A DNA stretch of 64,000 bases from the IMG/VR virus record IMGVR_UViG_3300035047_000215. One strand, given 5' to 3'. This stretch comes from a virus. A program made the position numbers and the translations under genes. The notes below the pieces were generated by a model. The model did no database searches. It was given only the letters and a program-made list of their open reading frames with translations, and had not been told where the DNA came from. Every line of letters starts with the position of its first letter. Positions within the stretch are counted from its first letter, which is position 1. Below are positions 10,331-20,607 of the stretch, in pieces.

Positions 10331-12583
10331 GTGGGAAACACGATCAACCATAACACCCTGGGGGATATTCAGTCTCATGAGTATCTTCCCGGGGTGATAC
10401 TCGCATTGTATCCGGAAGATCCGGCAACTCCAGAGAACCACTGGGACACGGCAGACGTGTATATCGAGGAACTGGGTTTGACCTGGTACAATGCCCCTAT
10501 CTTTTACCATTGCCTGCCAGATGCCCCACTGCGTGAGAATGGGGCCATATTTGACGGACACAAAGGATTCACGGTCAACGACCGGGTGATTCTGTTTTGT
10601 CAAAGCCAGACGGCCCAGACGGGCGAACAGCTGGTGAAAAATGTCAAGGTGATCAGCCACGAAGAAGGGGTGAGGAAGTGCGCTTACAATTATGTGATTG
10701 TCAGGGCGGGCTTGTCATCCATCGAGCCGATCAACCTGGAGGCACCCAACACAGAAGAACTGGTAACGGTCTATGATGTGGCAGGCAAGTGCCCGGCCGT
10801 AATTCTGGACCCAGACACCGGTGACCCCCTGGAGTATCCCTGTTCGATTGATAAGCTGCTGCCGTTTTTGGCTTATGCAGAACTCAAAGGCGTCGAGCTG
10901 TTTGAATACTTTGATCAAGGGGATGATCAAATCCAGGTAGCGGGAGCTTCACCCAACTGGGAAGATGATCCCCAGGGCAGGCTGGTTCATGACACCGAAG
11001 AGGACAGGGACCTGCGGAACTGGATGACAACCGATGATCCGGGCGGCAACCCCATCCAGAACTTTTTTGAAGATACCTGTTACGCAATCATGCACGACCA
11101 TGAAGGCGTGGGCGATGGGACGTATGCCATGGCCATGGATGTGGTGGGCAGCCACATGCCTCAAATCGAGACCTGGGACAGCCGGAGCAATGCCTTCAGG
11201 ACAGATACCAGGGAATATGATGTGGCAGGTCCCACGGTTGAAGGCGTCACGTTCCAGCATGCCGTTGATGTGGAAGGCAACACCTTAGCTAAGGCAACAT
11301 CGCGTCATGTCCAAACGGCCTATGGTGAAACGGAAATATGGTTGTGCATGACACATCATGTGACATCTCCGTTGACTGGCACGATGACGGTATCTTCCTG
11401 CGACGAAAAATGGGATTATTTTCGAGGCGTCGAGGTCCCGGACGCCATAGCCCCTTCTGGACCGAGTCAAATGGGTTTTTTGGAATTTCGGGCGGGGATC
11501 GTGGCCTTGGCGAGTAGGCAGTCACCCCATGACAACCTGTGGAACATGGCTTACCTGAAGCGGATCAATGAAGGTGCTTATCACCGGACCATCCATCCGG
11601 CCCTGAAGACCATGCCCGGCACAGATGAGACTGAAACCATAGCTGCCGGCGGATGGTACGATATCGGGGATGGGCCTGTTTATGTCAGTTCTGATTATGA
11701 GGTGCCCACCTATTTCCCGGGTCCCAAAGAAATCACCGGCAGCAAGATGCTGATGACAACCCCGATTCCGGAAGACACAGACAATGAACCGGCATATTTG
11801 TCGGCTATCAACCTGCGCTGGGACAAAATCGATGCCTGGTACCGATACGATAATTGGACAAACACCGGAGACCGGGCATTTAAGGCTGGTCCATATGCCG
11901 TTCATCCGGCCGCATGGTTCACCAACGTGGGTTTGCAGTGGGGCGCTGAATCGGTTTATGCGGACACCCCACTGGGTTCAATGTGGGTCCGGGCACCCCA
12001 GTGGAGAACGGCCATGGTTAACTGGTCTGAATGGCTGGAAGTGACCCAGATCCGGCGGGATGAACCGGTAAACCAGAAACTGATTGCCCTGGGTAAGCAC
12101 AGTCGGGCCGTCGTTTGTCAGCTGTATGTGGCACAAAGAACGTCCCTGACCCTGCGGCCGGAAGAAGACGGGGACTTTGTGAACCAGACCATAGGGCACG
12201 GGCCTTATTACAGCGTGGTGGAGTCTGCGGACCCGGACGAGGCGGATGCGGCCGTTGATCATGTCAGGATGCCGGACAATTCCCGGGTCCATATCGATGA
12301 TCTGACCCCGGAACAAAAGGACGAGGTTCTGGAAGATCTGAAAATCATTTGGTCTGAGAGCGATGATTCGGTTATCGGAGCACAGAACAACCGGAACGAA
12401 TTTGAGATCATGGGCGCTGCGGACCTGTACGGGGAACTGATGACCGTGCATACCCGGAGAAACCCTGTTGACCAGGAAAGAACCCCGGAACTTGAAAGCC
12501 AGGTGGCGGATCTGATAGCTGCCCTGATGGAAGATGCAGAAACGTCGTTTGACAAGATATTCTTAGACCTGGAGATTGTCTGA
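10331..12583 (+). CDS. Large hypothetical virion/tail protein
   Basis: 750-aa ORF with a GTG start one base after the upstream stop. Confidence 0.6.
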   Translation: MGNTINHNTLGDIQSHEYLPGVILALYPEDPATPENHWDTADVYIEELGLTWYNAPIFYHCLPDAPLRENGAIFDGHKGFTVNDRVILFCQSQTAQTGEQLVKNVKVISHEEGVRKCAYNYVIVRAGLSSIEPINLEAPNTEELVTVYDVAGKCPAVILDPDTGDPLEYPCSIDKLLPFLAYAELKGVELFEYFDQGDDQIQVAGASPNWEDDPQGRLVHDTEEDRDLRNWMTTDDPGGNPIQNFFEDTCYAIMHDHEGVGDGTYAMAMDVVGSHMPQIETWDSRSNAFRTDTREYDVAGPTVEGVTFQHAVDVEGNTLAKATSRHVQTAYGETEIWLCMTHHVTSPLTGTMTVSSCDEKWDYFRGVEVPDAIAPSGPSQMGFLEFRAGIVALASRQSPHDNLWNMAYLKRINEGAYHRTIHPALKTMPGTDETETIAAGGWYDIGDGPVYVSSDYEVPTYFPGPKEITGSKMLMTTPIPEDTDNEPAYLSAINLRWDKIDAWYRYDNWTNTGDRAFKAGPYAVHPAAWFTNVGLQWGAESVYADTPLGSMWVRAPQWRTAMVNWSEWLEVTQIRRDEPVNQKLIALGKHSRAVVCQLYVAQRTSLTLRPEEDGDFVNQTIGHGPYYSVVESADPDEADAAVDHVRMPDNSRVHIDDLTPEQKDEVLEDLKIIWSESDDSVIGAQNNRNEFEIMGAADLYGELMTVHTRRNPVDQERTPELESQVADLIAALMEDAETSFDKIFLDLEIV

Positions 12584-12945
12584 TGTACACACCGAAAGAT
12601 GTCCCCCTGACCATATACCAGGGCGCCACGTTCCAGAAAAGCTGGACGATTGTTGAAACAGGAACCGAGGACCCGATTGATCTGTCTGGATACACGGCCC
12701 GGATGCAGATCCGGGAAAAGCTGAAATCTGAGACGGTTATTCTGGATCTGACCACGGAAAACGGCCGGATCACCATCGATGTGGGAGAGGAAACCACCAC
12801 CCTGACATTGTATGTGGACCCGGAAACCACGGCTGCCATAACGGTTGCCAAAGGCGTGTATGACCTGGAAATCATCGATACCAACGATGACGTTTACCGC
12901 CTGATGCAAGGGGCTGTCACCATCATCCCAGAGGTAACCCGGTGA
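12583..12945 (+). CDS. Hypothetical protein
   Basis: 120 aa with a TGATG overlap to the upstream gene. Confidence 0.55.
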   Translation: MYTPKDVPLTIYQGATFQKSWTIVETGTEDPIDLSGYTARMQIREKLKSETVILDLTTENGRITIDVGEETTTLTLYVDPETTAAITVAKGVYDLEIIDTNDDVYRLMQGAVTIIPEVTR

Positions 12946-13163
12946 TACCTTTTAGTAACAGTCCAGAAGTTAGCTTGCTTGTGGTTGAGGCAGACCAGGC
13001 TATGGTCCTTGAAATTGAGTTTGCCCAAGCTGATATCATTGAATTGGCTTCCGGGTTTGGATCTTCTCTTTATCAGGCACTTCAGGGCTATATCACCCTG
13101 GACGGCGGTAGCGCCGGGGATGTGTTCACCAATATTACACCACTGGACGGAGGAACGCCATAA
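12942..13163 (+). CDS. Hypothetical protein
   Basis: 73 aa with a GTG start in a GTGA overlap. Confidence 0.45.
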   Translation: MIPFSNSPEVSLLVVEADQAMVLEIEFAQADIIELASGFGSSLYQALQGYITLDGGSAGDVFTNITPLDGGTP

Positions 13164-13621
13164 TGTCAATACCGATTCAATTCAGGCGCGGGACAGCCGC
13201 GGAGTGGGCAGCTGCTGACCCTGTTTTATTCCTTGGGGAACTAGGCCTTTTGATTTCCGATGACCCGGATACCCAGCTGATGAAGATGGGAAACGGAGTC
13301 AACACCTGGTCAGAGTTACCTTGGGCATCGAGGGGGCCGAGAGGTTTTGACTTTGCCTATGAGTGGGACGGATACAGCCTGGGCGTAAAACACTCCGACG
13401 AGGCCGAATATACATATGTGGACCTGAGAGGGGAGCAGGGCGCGTCCTTTCAGTTTCAATGGGAAGGCACCACCCTGAAGGTCAAAACGTCAGATGATGC
13501 AGAATATGTTTCTGTTGATCTGGTGGGGCCTCAAGGCGAAACCGGACCACAAGGCGAACAAGGACCAATGGGCGAGGTCACGCTTTTACAGGCCAAAAAA
13601 CTGGCCATCATTTTTGGATAA
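13163..13621 (+). CDS. Tail fibre protein with collagen-like triplets
   Basis: N-terminal IQFRRGTAAEWAAADPVLFLGELGL..KMGNGVNTWSELPW is a fibre N-terminal motif of the Mtd-N/HylP type. It has two ~32-aa tandem repeats (F.F.W.G..L.VK.SD.AEY..VDL.G.QG) and GPQGETGPQGEQGPMGE (six G-X-Y triplets). Confidence 0.7.
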   Translation: MSIPIQFRRGTAAEWAAADPVLFLGELGLLISDDPDTQLMKMGNGVNTWSELPWASRGPRGFDFAYEWDGYSLGVKHSDEAEYTYVDLRGEQGASFQFQWEGTTLKVKTSDDAEYVSVDLVGPQGETGPQGEQGPMGEVTLLQAKKLAIIFG

Positions 13622-13633
13622 AGGAGCGCCAGC

Positions 13634-13945
13634 ATGGCACTAAAACGATGGGCAATAGCTGATTTTGTCGCAGATACGGCAACCACACTTTTAACAGCGG
13701 CATCTGCAAAGGAAACAATCCTTTTATCTTTGCTGATAAGCAACTATAGCGATACAGATAATGCCAATATTTTTGTGGAGCATACGGACGGAACATCTAC
13801 TCTTTTTAAATGGGTGATCAATCTTTTGGCCACAGATTCGCCGTTTGCACTTGATTCAAAGATTGTGCTTGAACCGGGAGATGTAATTCAGGTGACGTGC
13901 AACAAAACAGACGTGTCAATTCTTGCGAGTGGAGATGAGAGCTGA
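13634..13945 (+). CDS. Hypothetical protein (fibre-associated?)
   Basis: 103-aa ORF at the start of the AT-rich segment. Confidence 0.5.
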   Translation: MALKRWAIADFVADTATTLLTAASAKETILLSLLISNYSDTDNANIFVEHTDGTSTLFKWVINLLATDSPFALDSKIVLEPGDVIQVTCNKTDVSILASGDES

Positions 13946-15105
13946 TGAGTATTTTTAAATTTGAGCGCCAGGTTATTGATTCAAGCCGGTATCCGTTTGG
14001 GTATTCAGGTGCCATTTTTGCGTTTTGGTTAGGTGAATGGGCAAACCGAATCCCCCTTACCATAGACCATGCCAAGATTGATTCTGATTTAACCCATTTT
14101 CCGGTGCCGATTGTTTTAACCGGGACGGATGCTGAAGCAGTTATAACAGAAGTTGGTAGTGGCAGTAAAAAAATAGCCGTGGGGTTACCTGATAAAACCC
14201 AATTATATTGTGAAATTGAACAATGGGACACAACAAACAATAAAATAACCCTTTGGGCATCCAGGTCAGATTGGGTAATTTCCAGCACAGAAGACACCAC
14301 CCTTTATCTGTATTATGATGAAACACAAGATGATAATTTGGATTATATAGGTGACCCCGGCGATGTAGTAGCACAAAATGTTTGGAATAGTGATTTTGCT
14401 GCCAGGTATGGCATGGCCCAAGATCCTTCAGGTGGTGCAGATTGTATTATAGATTCCACAGTAAATGCAAATCATGGTACTCCTAGTGGTAGTATGACAT
14501 CAGATGATTTAGTTGATGGTGAGATTGGAAAAGCAATTAATTTTGATGGGTCTGATGATTATATAGACTGTGGTAGTGATAACAGTTTAAATCCAGGAGA
14601 AGGCAGTTTTACGGTTGAATCGTTGGTGAAAACAAATGGGAAATCGACATATGGTGATTATAGAGACAACATGTCTGTTGTTTCCAAAGGGACAACAGGA
14701 GACAACCCTCTCTATAACTTACTAATAATAAGCGAAAGTAACGGGTATCTTCAAGCTACAATAGAGGGTTCAGGAGATCAGGTAGATTTAGCGGGGTCTG
14801 TATCCGCACAAGATAATATATATCACAATATTGCGATGGTAGTTAATCGAGCTACGTCAGAGATGGAAGTTTTTTTCGATGGGTCGGCTGACACTAATAC
14901 GGGGTTTAGTAATGTAGGTGATATTAATCCGTCTCAGTCTTTTAAAATAGGAACTTACGCGTCAAGTCCCTACGAATATTATTATAAAGATATTATTGCA
15001 GAGTTAAGGATATCAAATACTGTGAGATCCGCAGATTGGATCAAAGCCGATTACCATGCCCAAACCAATACCCTTTTAACCGCTGGAGAACACGAGGTAT
15101 TATGA
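13945..15105 (+). CDS. LamG/concanavalin-A-like lectin domain protein (receptor-binding candidate)
   Basis: 386 aa. ..GKAINFDGSDDYIDCGSDNSLNPGEGSFTVESLVKTN.. and ..YHNIAMVVNRATSEMEVFFDGS.. match the Laminin_G_3-type pattern. Confidence 0.65.
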   Translation: MSIFKFERQVIDSSRYPFGYSGAIFAFWLGEWANRIPLTIDHAKIDSDLTHFPVPIVLTGTDAEAVITEVGSGSKKIAVGLPDKTQLYCEIEQWDTTNNKITLWASRSDWVISSTEDTTLYLYYDETQDDNLDYIGDPGDVVAQNVWNSDFAARYGMAQDPSGGADCIIDSTVNANHGTPSGSMTSDDLVDGEIGKAINFDGSDDYIDCGSDNSLNPGEGSFTVESLVKTNGKSTYGDYRDNMSVVSKGTTGDNPLYNLLIISESNGYLQATIEGSGDQVDLAGSVSAQDNIYHNIAMVVNRATSEMEVFFDGSADTNTGFSNVGDINPSQSFKIGTYASSPYEYYYKDIIAELRISNTVRSADWIKADYHAQTNTLLTAGEHEVL

Positions 15106-17474
15106 CACTCCTACTTGCTGAAGGGTTTGAACACTTCCATCCTAGTATAAGAAACCTGCCGGGTTATGGTCCTCACGTTAAGGTCTGGGATCGTTCAGCG
15201 CAATATATGAATGTGCCCGAGGTCTTCACGTCAACAGATCAAGACAACGTAGGCCCGACTGATGTGAATGAAGCTGATCCTCCCGAGGTGTTAGGCGGCG
15301 GAAGGAAGGGTGGCCGATATATCCAGGTTAACAGGCGGTCAGTAAGCCCAGTCGCAAGGCCGTGGGAGGGTGGTTTTTCTGCCATTGGTGCCGTTGTGGA
15401 AAAAAGCAGGACCCTTATCACGGGTGTCGCTATTAGGCTGCCTGGTGGAGGAAACCCAACCATAATAGCAACATTTGGGCGAAGCAGGACCCGGCGCTCG
15501 TATCAATATGGGGTAAACACCAGCAGCATGCGCCCCATGGGTGGATGTGTATGGAAGGAGCGAGGCGGGTACTGTGACCTGGAATGGTGGTTTGATGGTC
15601 AGGGATCGACATACGCACAGATCTTTCACAACCGGAACATCGCAAATGGAGACTGGCATTATTTTGAGTTTGCTACAACCATTTATACGGGAACCGAGGG
15701 TTCCCCGGCCGGTTGGGCAAAGGCAAAGCTGGGATCGAATCTGAGCGTTGTAAACGGAATACATACAACCACGCCTGCATCTAATGCCGAATCATTTATC
15801 AACGCTGTTTCTATCAGGGTCGGTTGGGCAAATTCCCCGGTTCACTTTGATGACTTTTATATATGCAATGATGCTGGTGAGGTGAATAACGATTTTTTGG
15901 GGAGTGTTTTTGTACGGCCAATGAGCCCATCACATACCGGTCAACTCCATGAATCATATTCTGTAGGGGCGTCTTTCAGACACGAGTGTGTGGGGCCTGC
16001 ATTCATAGGGGACGATTCAGAACTTCCGGAAACGCCTCCGACGCCAGAAGAAGATCCTCATTACACCCCTTGGGATAGACCAAATCGCAGTCATTTGATT
16101 ATCCCAAAGGAAGGAGGCAAACAAACATTTGCCTGTACCAGCGTTCCTTTCATGAACTCCGACCCGCGGATACATGGCGTTGTCGCCACGGTTGTTGCCC
16201 AGATGCCTCACCCACAGCTCGCCAGGGCGGTTTTTACGCCGATTAAAACCGTGGGCGGTGCATCGCATCAGTATTTCCCGGTTTCGACAGACATGACAGC
16301 CTATGCCCCCATGAGTCACCTCTTGATAATGGAAAACCCAAAAGCCAATGATGCCACGATAGACGAATATGACCCGGATTGGTCGGTTAATGCGGTGAAC
16401 GATTCTGAATATGGGTTTCGGGTGGACCCGGTGATTGAACAAATCCCCTTAGAGGAAAAGTGGAACCCGGCCCTTACTCGATATCCAGTTTTCCATGACC
16501 ACACGATTGATGAAGGCATAGGGGTGGAAGACTGGCCCAGCAGGCACTGGGAGGAACCGCTGTCTGAAATCTTCTCTTTGGAGTCTGCTGGCCGGTGGGA
16601 CTGGGCCTGTGATGCGATCGATGGGTTTCAGATATACGAGGAACCAGACACCATCCGGGAAGTATTTTTAATTTCATGGTCCAATTTGCGCATGGATGCC
16701 GCGATCTTGATGCCTGAAAAATTCATGAAAGATGCTTTCCTGGTGGAGGATTACACTCGATCTGATTTTGTGACAATGATTGAAGAATCCTTTGGCGTGG
16801 TGGATACCTCATATCAAGAATGGGTTGAACAGCTGCAATCCTGGTTTGATCCGTATGATGCCGTCAAACAAAGCTGGTCCGTGTCCGCCCTGGATAACAT
16901 CGGCCTGGCCATTACAGACCTGTTTGATAACCATTTCGTGGTAAATGACGAGATGGTGGCAACGGTCCAGATCCGAAGCAATCATGAGTTTATCGGTGAA
17001 ACCCTTTATCCGGATGACATGGCGCAAGACGGCGTATTATTGTACGCAGAAGATGGCTTCAGCATGGAAGCTGACCACCATGATGGCAACTGGGTTGAAC
17101 AATTTACGGATGATGTCGGGTTTGAATCCGACATACTTACCAGACACTGGCGGTTTGAATGGTTTATGGGTATCTGTATGGGATACTGGAATATTGGTGT
17201 AGTGGAACAGCCGCTGGAACCAGGGGAACCAAACCCGGTGGATGTGAAAAACGCTGAATATCAGCCTGACAACTACTACATGGATTTCATCGACGAATAC
17301 TATGACCAGGTTGAGTATGATCTTCATGAGCAATGGTTGTTGGCCGGCGGAGACCCATCACTGGATTTCAGCTATGTGAGAACAGCCGATTTCGACTCGT
17401 TTGTTTTTGAAGGCGGCAACGCGGTTGATATGGTGGATGTAAACGGTGAGTCAATCATCGAGGAGGTTCCATAA
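15102..17474 (+). CDS. Large hypothetical tail protein
   Basis: 790 aa from ATG 15102 (ATGA overlap). The listed Met at 15036 would overlap the LamG gene by 70 nt. Confidence 0.6.
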   Translation: MTLLLAEGFEHFHPSIRNLPGYGPHVKVWDRSAQYMNVPEVFTSTDQDNVGPTDVNEADPPEVLGGGRKGGRYIQVNRRSVSPVARPWEGGFSAIGAVVEKSRTLITGVAIRLPGGGNPTIIATFGRSRTRRSYQYGVNTSSMRPMGGCVWKERGGYCDLEWWFDGQGSTYAQIFHNRNIANGDWHYFEFATTIYTGTEGSPAGWAKAKLGSNLSVVNGIHTTTPASNAESFINAVSIRVGWANSPVHFDDFYICNDAGEVNNDFLGSVFVRPMSPSHTGQLHESYSVGASFRHECVGPAFIGDDSELPETPPTPEEDPHYTPWDRPNRSHLIIPKEGGKQTFACTSVPFMNSDPRIHGVVATVVAQMPHPQLARAVFTPIKTVGGASHQYFPVSTDMTAYAPMSHLLIMENPKANDATIDEYDPDWSVNAVNDSEYGFRVDPVIEQIPLEEKWNPALTRYPVFHDHTIDEGIGVEDWPSRHWEEPLSEIFSLESAGRWDWACDAIDGFQIYEEPDTIREVFLISWSNLRMDAAILMPEKFMKDAFLVEDYTRSDFVTMIEESFGVVDTSYQEWVEQLQSWFDPYDAVKQSWSVSALDNIGLAITDLFDNHFVVNDEMVATVQIRSNHEFIGETLYPDDMAQDGVLLYAEDGFSMEADHHDGNWVEQFTDDVGFESDILTRHWRFEWFMGICMGYWNIGVVEQPLEPGEPNPVDVKNAEYQPDNYYMDFIDEYYDQVEYDLHEQWLLAGGDPSLDFSYVRTADFDSFVFEGGNAVDMVDVNGESIIEEVP

Positions 17475-18874
17475 TGTTGATTTATGCAGAAGATTTTGCC
17501 GGACCGTATAGCGATCAATATAGTGCGCGATTCGGTGGGGATAGCAGTCATCCATGGCGCAGATGGAGCCCGGCCAATGTCCCATATGCTGAATTTGGTG
17601 TGGCAGGTGGATCTTATTACGTTCGAGAGAACCCAGGAATTGTTAATAACAATGTTTTGGATTCCGGGCGGCGTATAGAGCAAGGCGTTTACAACAACAT
17701 GGACGGGATAATTCACCTTCCCAGATCACGGAACTTGACTATTGGCTTTTTAGTGCAGTTTGGTGGAACCCGTAGCCCATGGACTGTGCCTATTGAATTT
17801 CGATCTTACCACGACAACTCCGATTCTTATATTGTGAACTTCACTGTCACGCTTTCGATCTCAAGTGCGGACTCCAGACAAAAGGCAAATGTCTATTTTC
17901 AAACGGGTGGGTCTGGATATCCAGAGATTTCGGACGAAGTGGTTTGTTATGATTTCACACAACCGATCTGGTTGTGGGTCCAGTGTGACATGCCATCGAC
18001 AATGCCAACCGCAGAAAACGGGACATGCCGGATATGGCTTAACAATGATTTGGTAATCACAAAAGAGGACATAATTACTGGCCGGGTGGATGACTGGGCG
18101 GCGCAGCCGCTATATGGATACAACAATGGCGTCTATTTCTACTGGAGCGATGCTGATGATCTCTATTCTGTAGTAGCCGTAAATGAAAAGCTTGGCTACC
18201 TGGATTCAGCTTTGGGTGATATAAATGTCAGCGGTCTGCTGCCAGAGGTTGCCGAGGTTTCGCAGTGGTTTTCACACAAGGACGGGCTGAACCTTGAGAC
18301 TGAGCCGGTTGATGTGATGAAAGATAATCTGCACACAGACGAGGCACAGATCCATACCAAGGCCCATCTCCGTGCTGACGACCATTTGGTGCAAAGCATA
18401 TTTGGGCATGAAACGCCATTTAGCGAGGACGCGCATATCATGGCCGTGTCCCATCGCATTGTTCACAGGAAACACAACATCGGTGGCAGTGCAGTTAATT
18501 TGAGGGTTGAGCCGATGATCCACATTTCTGGCAGGGACCCATCTATCGACCGGAGCGCCGGCCAGGTGTCAACCACAAACATTAAAACCATTGTCGCTAA
18601 TTATTCAATTCCATACGCGGGCGCCTACTGGAGCAAAGAGCTGCTGGAGTTGACAAAGTTTGGCTTTGCCTATTTTGACGCAGCCAGGCCAACCCAGGTT
18701 GATGAACAGGTGGATCTGCTGGGTGAATACGACGTGGAAAACCTGGATGATGGCATCGAAATGGGATCTCTTGCCCAGGATGATGACTACCTACTGGGCG
18801 GAACTATCCGGACCCATATTCTGGATGATGGAATGGATTTGGATATTGAAGCCATAGACGGAGACACGGTGTAA
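17474..18874 (+). CDS. Hypothetical tail protein
   Basis: 466 aa with a TAATG overlap. The N-terminus (MLIYAEDFA) weakly resembles that of the preceding protein (MTLLLAEGFE). Confidence 0.6.
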   Translation: MLIYAEDFAGPYSDQYSARFGGDSSHPWRRWSPANVPYAEFGVAGGSYYVRENPGIVNNNVLDSGRRIEQGVYNNMDGIIHLPRSRNLTIGFLVQFGGTRSPWTVPIEFRSYHDNSDSYIVNFTVTLSISSADSRQKANVYFQTGGSGYPEISDEVVCYDFTQPIWLWVQCDMPSTMPTAENGTCRIWLNNDLVITKEDIITGRVDDWAAQPLYGYNNGVYFYWSDADDLYSVVAVNEKLGYLDSALGDINVSGLLPEVAEVSQWFSHKDGLNLETEPVDVMKDNLHTDEAQIHTKAHLRADDHLVQSIFGHETPFSEDAHIMAVSHRIVHRKHNIGGSAVNLRVEPMIHISGRDPSIDRSAGQVSTTNIKTIVANYSIPYAGAYWSKELLELTKFGFAYFDAARPTQVDEQVDLLGEYDVENLDDGIEMGSLAQDDDYLLGGTIRTHILDDGMDLDIEAIDGDTV

Positions 18875-19942
18875 ATGGATGTATTTGCCGAAATATCGGA
18901 ACACGTCGGCCTGTTTGAGTCTGTTCAAGGAAACGTCAACGTCATGGGCCTGGTCTGGGAAAATGATATTGATGAAACCCTGGATCTGGGCCAAAACCTT
19001 TACACGGTTTGGGTTGAAGATCTACTGGACGGTTTTGGCGTGGCTGTTGGGTATGATCCCTTCCATGTCCTGGACCTTCACGAAACACTGACTTTAAATG
19101 AAATCATGGGCAGTGTCCCGCTTGAGGTGTATCATTCCAATATCAATGTGGTTCATGCCAGAGAGGCAGCACCGGTCAAAATCTGGTGGTTTGGCGCCAA
19201 TGTGGTGCATGGGCCGGATGTCTTCTTTGAGGAAGTGCTTTCAAATGTCCATTGCCGTGTAACTCACACGCAGGCGGTCCCGTATTACTGGCGTCATATT
19301 TATGAATCAATCAATTTTGAATTTCACAACATCCAGCCGCACCCGGGAATAACCAAGTCCCTGAACATGCAGACCGGGGACCGGATAAACATGCGTCACA
19401 CAGTTTGGCAGGAATACTTCTTCAATAGCCTTGCTCAGGATCAGCTGTTTACATACGACGGGGTTGCCTGGGGATGGAAACACGACATCGATGAGCCCTT
19501 TGCTGTTGATGACTATGCCATCCGGCATCTGGGGTTCAAGCTGATCGATTACCTGTTCCCGGGAGATGCAGCTGACAGCCGTGTGAATATCGGGATTCCG
19601 GTCAATGACCGGCTGTTTGCCTGGGACCGGGGGGCCATTGCTCACGGGTGGCCGAAAACCCTGGATGATGGCTTTGATGTGGCAGACAAGTCGGTTGCAC
19701 CGATACTGACAACCCTATTGGAGAGCTTAGGAATTTCCGCAGACCTGAGCCTGACAAACTGGAAAGCCCAGCTGACGGCAGCGGATCATGTGAAGGTGCA
19801 GGAGTCTGCCACGGTGGTTAAATTTTTTATGGCCATGGTTGCAGATGGGGTCATCACCACAGAGACCGTCACCGATACCCTGGTGAAGACCTACCAGGAA
19901 ACTGTTTCTGATGGATTCGGCTTTGAAGGGAGTATCAATTAA
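18875..19942 (+). CDS. Hypothetical virion protein
   Basis: 355-aa ORF abutting the upstream stop. Confidence 0.6.
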   Translation: MDVFAEISEHVGLFESVQGNVNVMGLVWENDIDETLDLGQNLYTVWVEDLLDGFGVAVGYDPFHVLDLHETLTLNEIMGSVPLEVYHSNINVVHAREAAPVKIWWFGANVVHGPDVFFEEVLSNVHCRVTHTQAVPYYWRHIYESINFEFHNIQPHPGITKSLNMQTGDRINMRHTVWQEYFFNSLAQDQLFTYDGVAWGWKHDIDEPFAVDDYAIRHLGFKLIDYLFPGDAADSRVNIGIPVNDRLFAWDRGAIAHGWPKTLDDGFDVADKSVAPILTTLLESLGISADLSLTNWKAQLTAADHVKVQESATVVKFFMAMVADGVITTETVTDTLVKTYQETVSDGFGFEGSIN

Positions 19943-20607
19943 TGGGCCTGGTAATCAACGTAGCCATAGAAGACGGAATGGAAATCGTCGATGAATCCGT
20001 CATCGGCATGATGTCCACGAACCTCTTGGCGGAGGAAATCGAATATACAGACACCTCCCAGGGAAAGGTAGCCGTTAAACCCGTCGTTTCAGAAACCGCG
20101 GAACTCGATGCGGACCTGATTGTTCAAGCCCTTCTGTACCCGATTCTGGAAGATGCCTTTGACCTGGTACCGGATTTCAGAACTGACGAATCCTTAAACA
20201 TCACCATGGCCCTGGATACGGAACGGCTGGCACCTTCGGTTCACAGCATGCCGGCCTTTAATTCGTTTGCCCAGATCGATGACGATATCTATGCTGCCGG
20301 CGATGCAGGCATTTACCGTTTGGGCGGAAACACAGACGACGGGGCGGCCATATCTCCCGGGGTTATGTGGGGCAAGATCAGTTTCCGGATGTCCAACCAG
20401 AAGAAGATCCGGGCCGTCTTCCTTGAGGGTGAGGTTGAAAACACCCGGATGCAGGCAGAAACAGACTCAGGGGCCGCGGTATACTCCGTCACGCGGAATC
20501 GTATCCCCGTCGGCCGGAATCTGATCGGCAGAAACTGGGCGTTAAGATTATCCGATTTTGACCGGCTGGAAGCTGTTGAACTTTCGCTGGTGATAGGCAG
20601 GAGATAA
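19942..20607 (+). CDS. Hypothetical virion protein
   Basis: 221 aa with a TAATG overlap. Confidence 0.6.
   Translation: MGLVINVAIEDGMEIVDESVIGMMSTNLLAEEIEYTDTSQGKVAVKPVVSETAELDADLIVQALLYPILEDAFDLVPDFRTDESLNITMALDTERLAPSVHSMPAFNSFAQIDDDIYAAGDAGIYRLGGNTDDGAAISPGVMWGKISFRMSNQKKIRAVFLEGEVENTRMQAETDSGAAVYSVTRNRIPVGRNLIGRNWALRLSDFDRLEAVELSLVIGRR

Noticed and set aside
15036-15101. Upstream Met (15036) listed as the start of the 812-aa ORF
   Set aside because: It would overlap the LamG gene by 70 nt. ATG 15102 gives the ATGA coupling used throughout this operon.
13163-15105. Diversity-generating retroelement targeting the fibre/LamG genes
   Set aside because: No reverse-transcriptase-like ORF, and no template/variable repeat pair, was noticed anywhere in the window.
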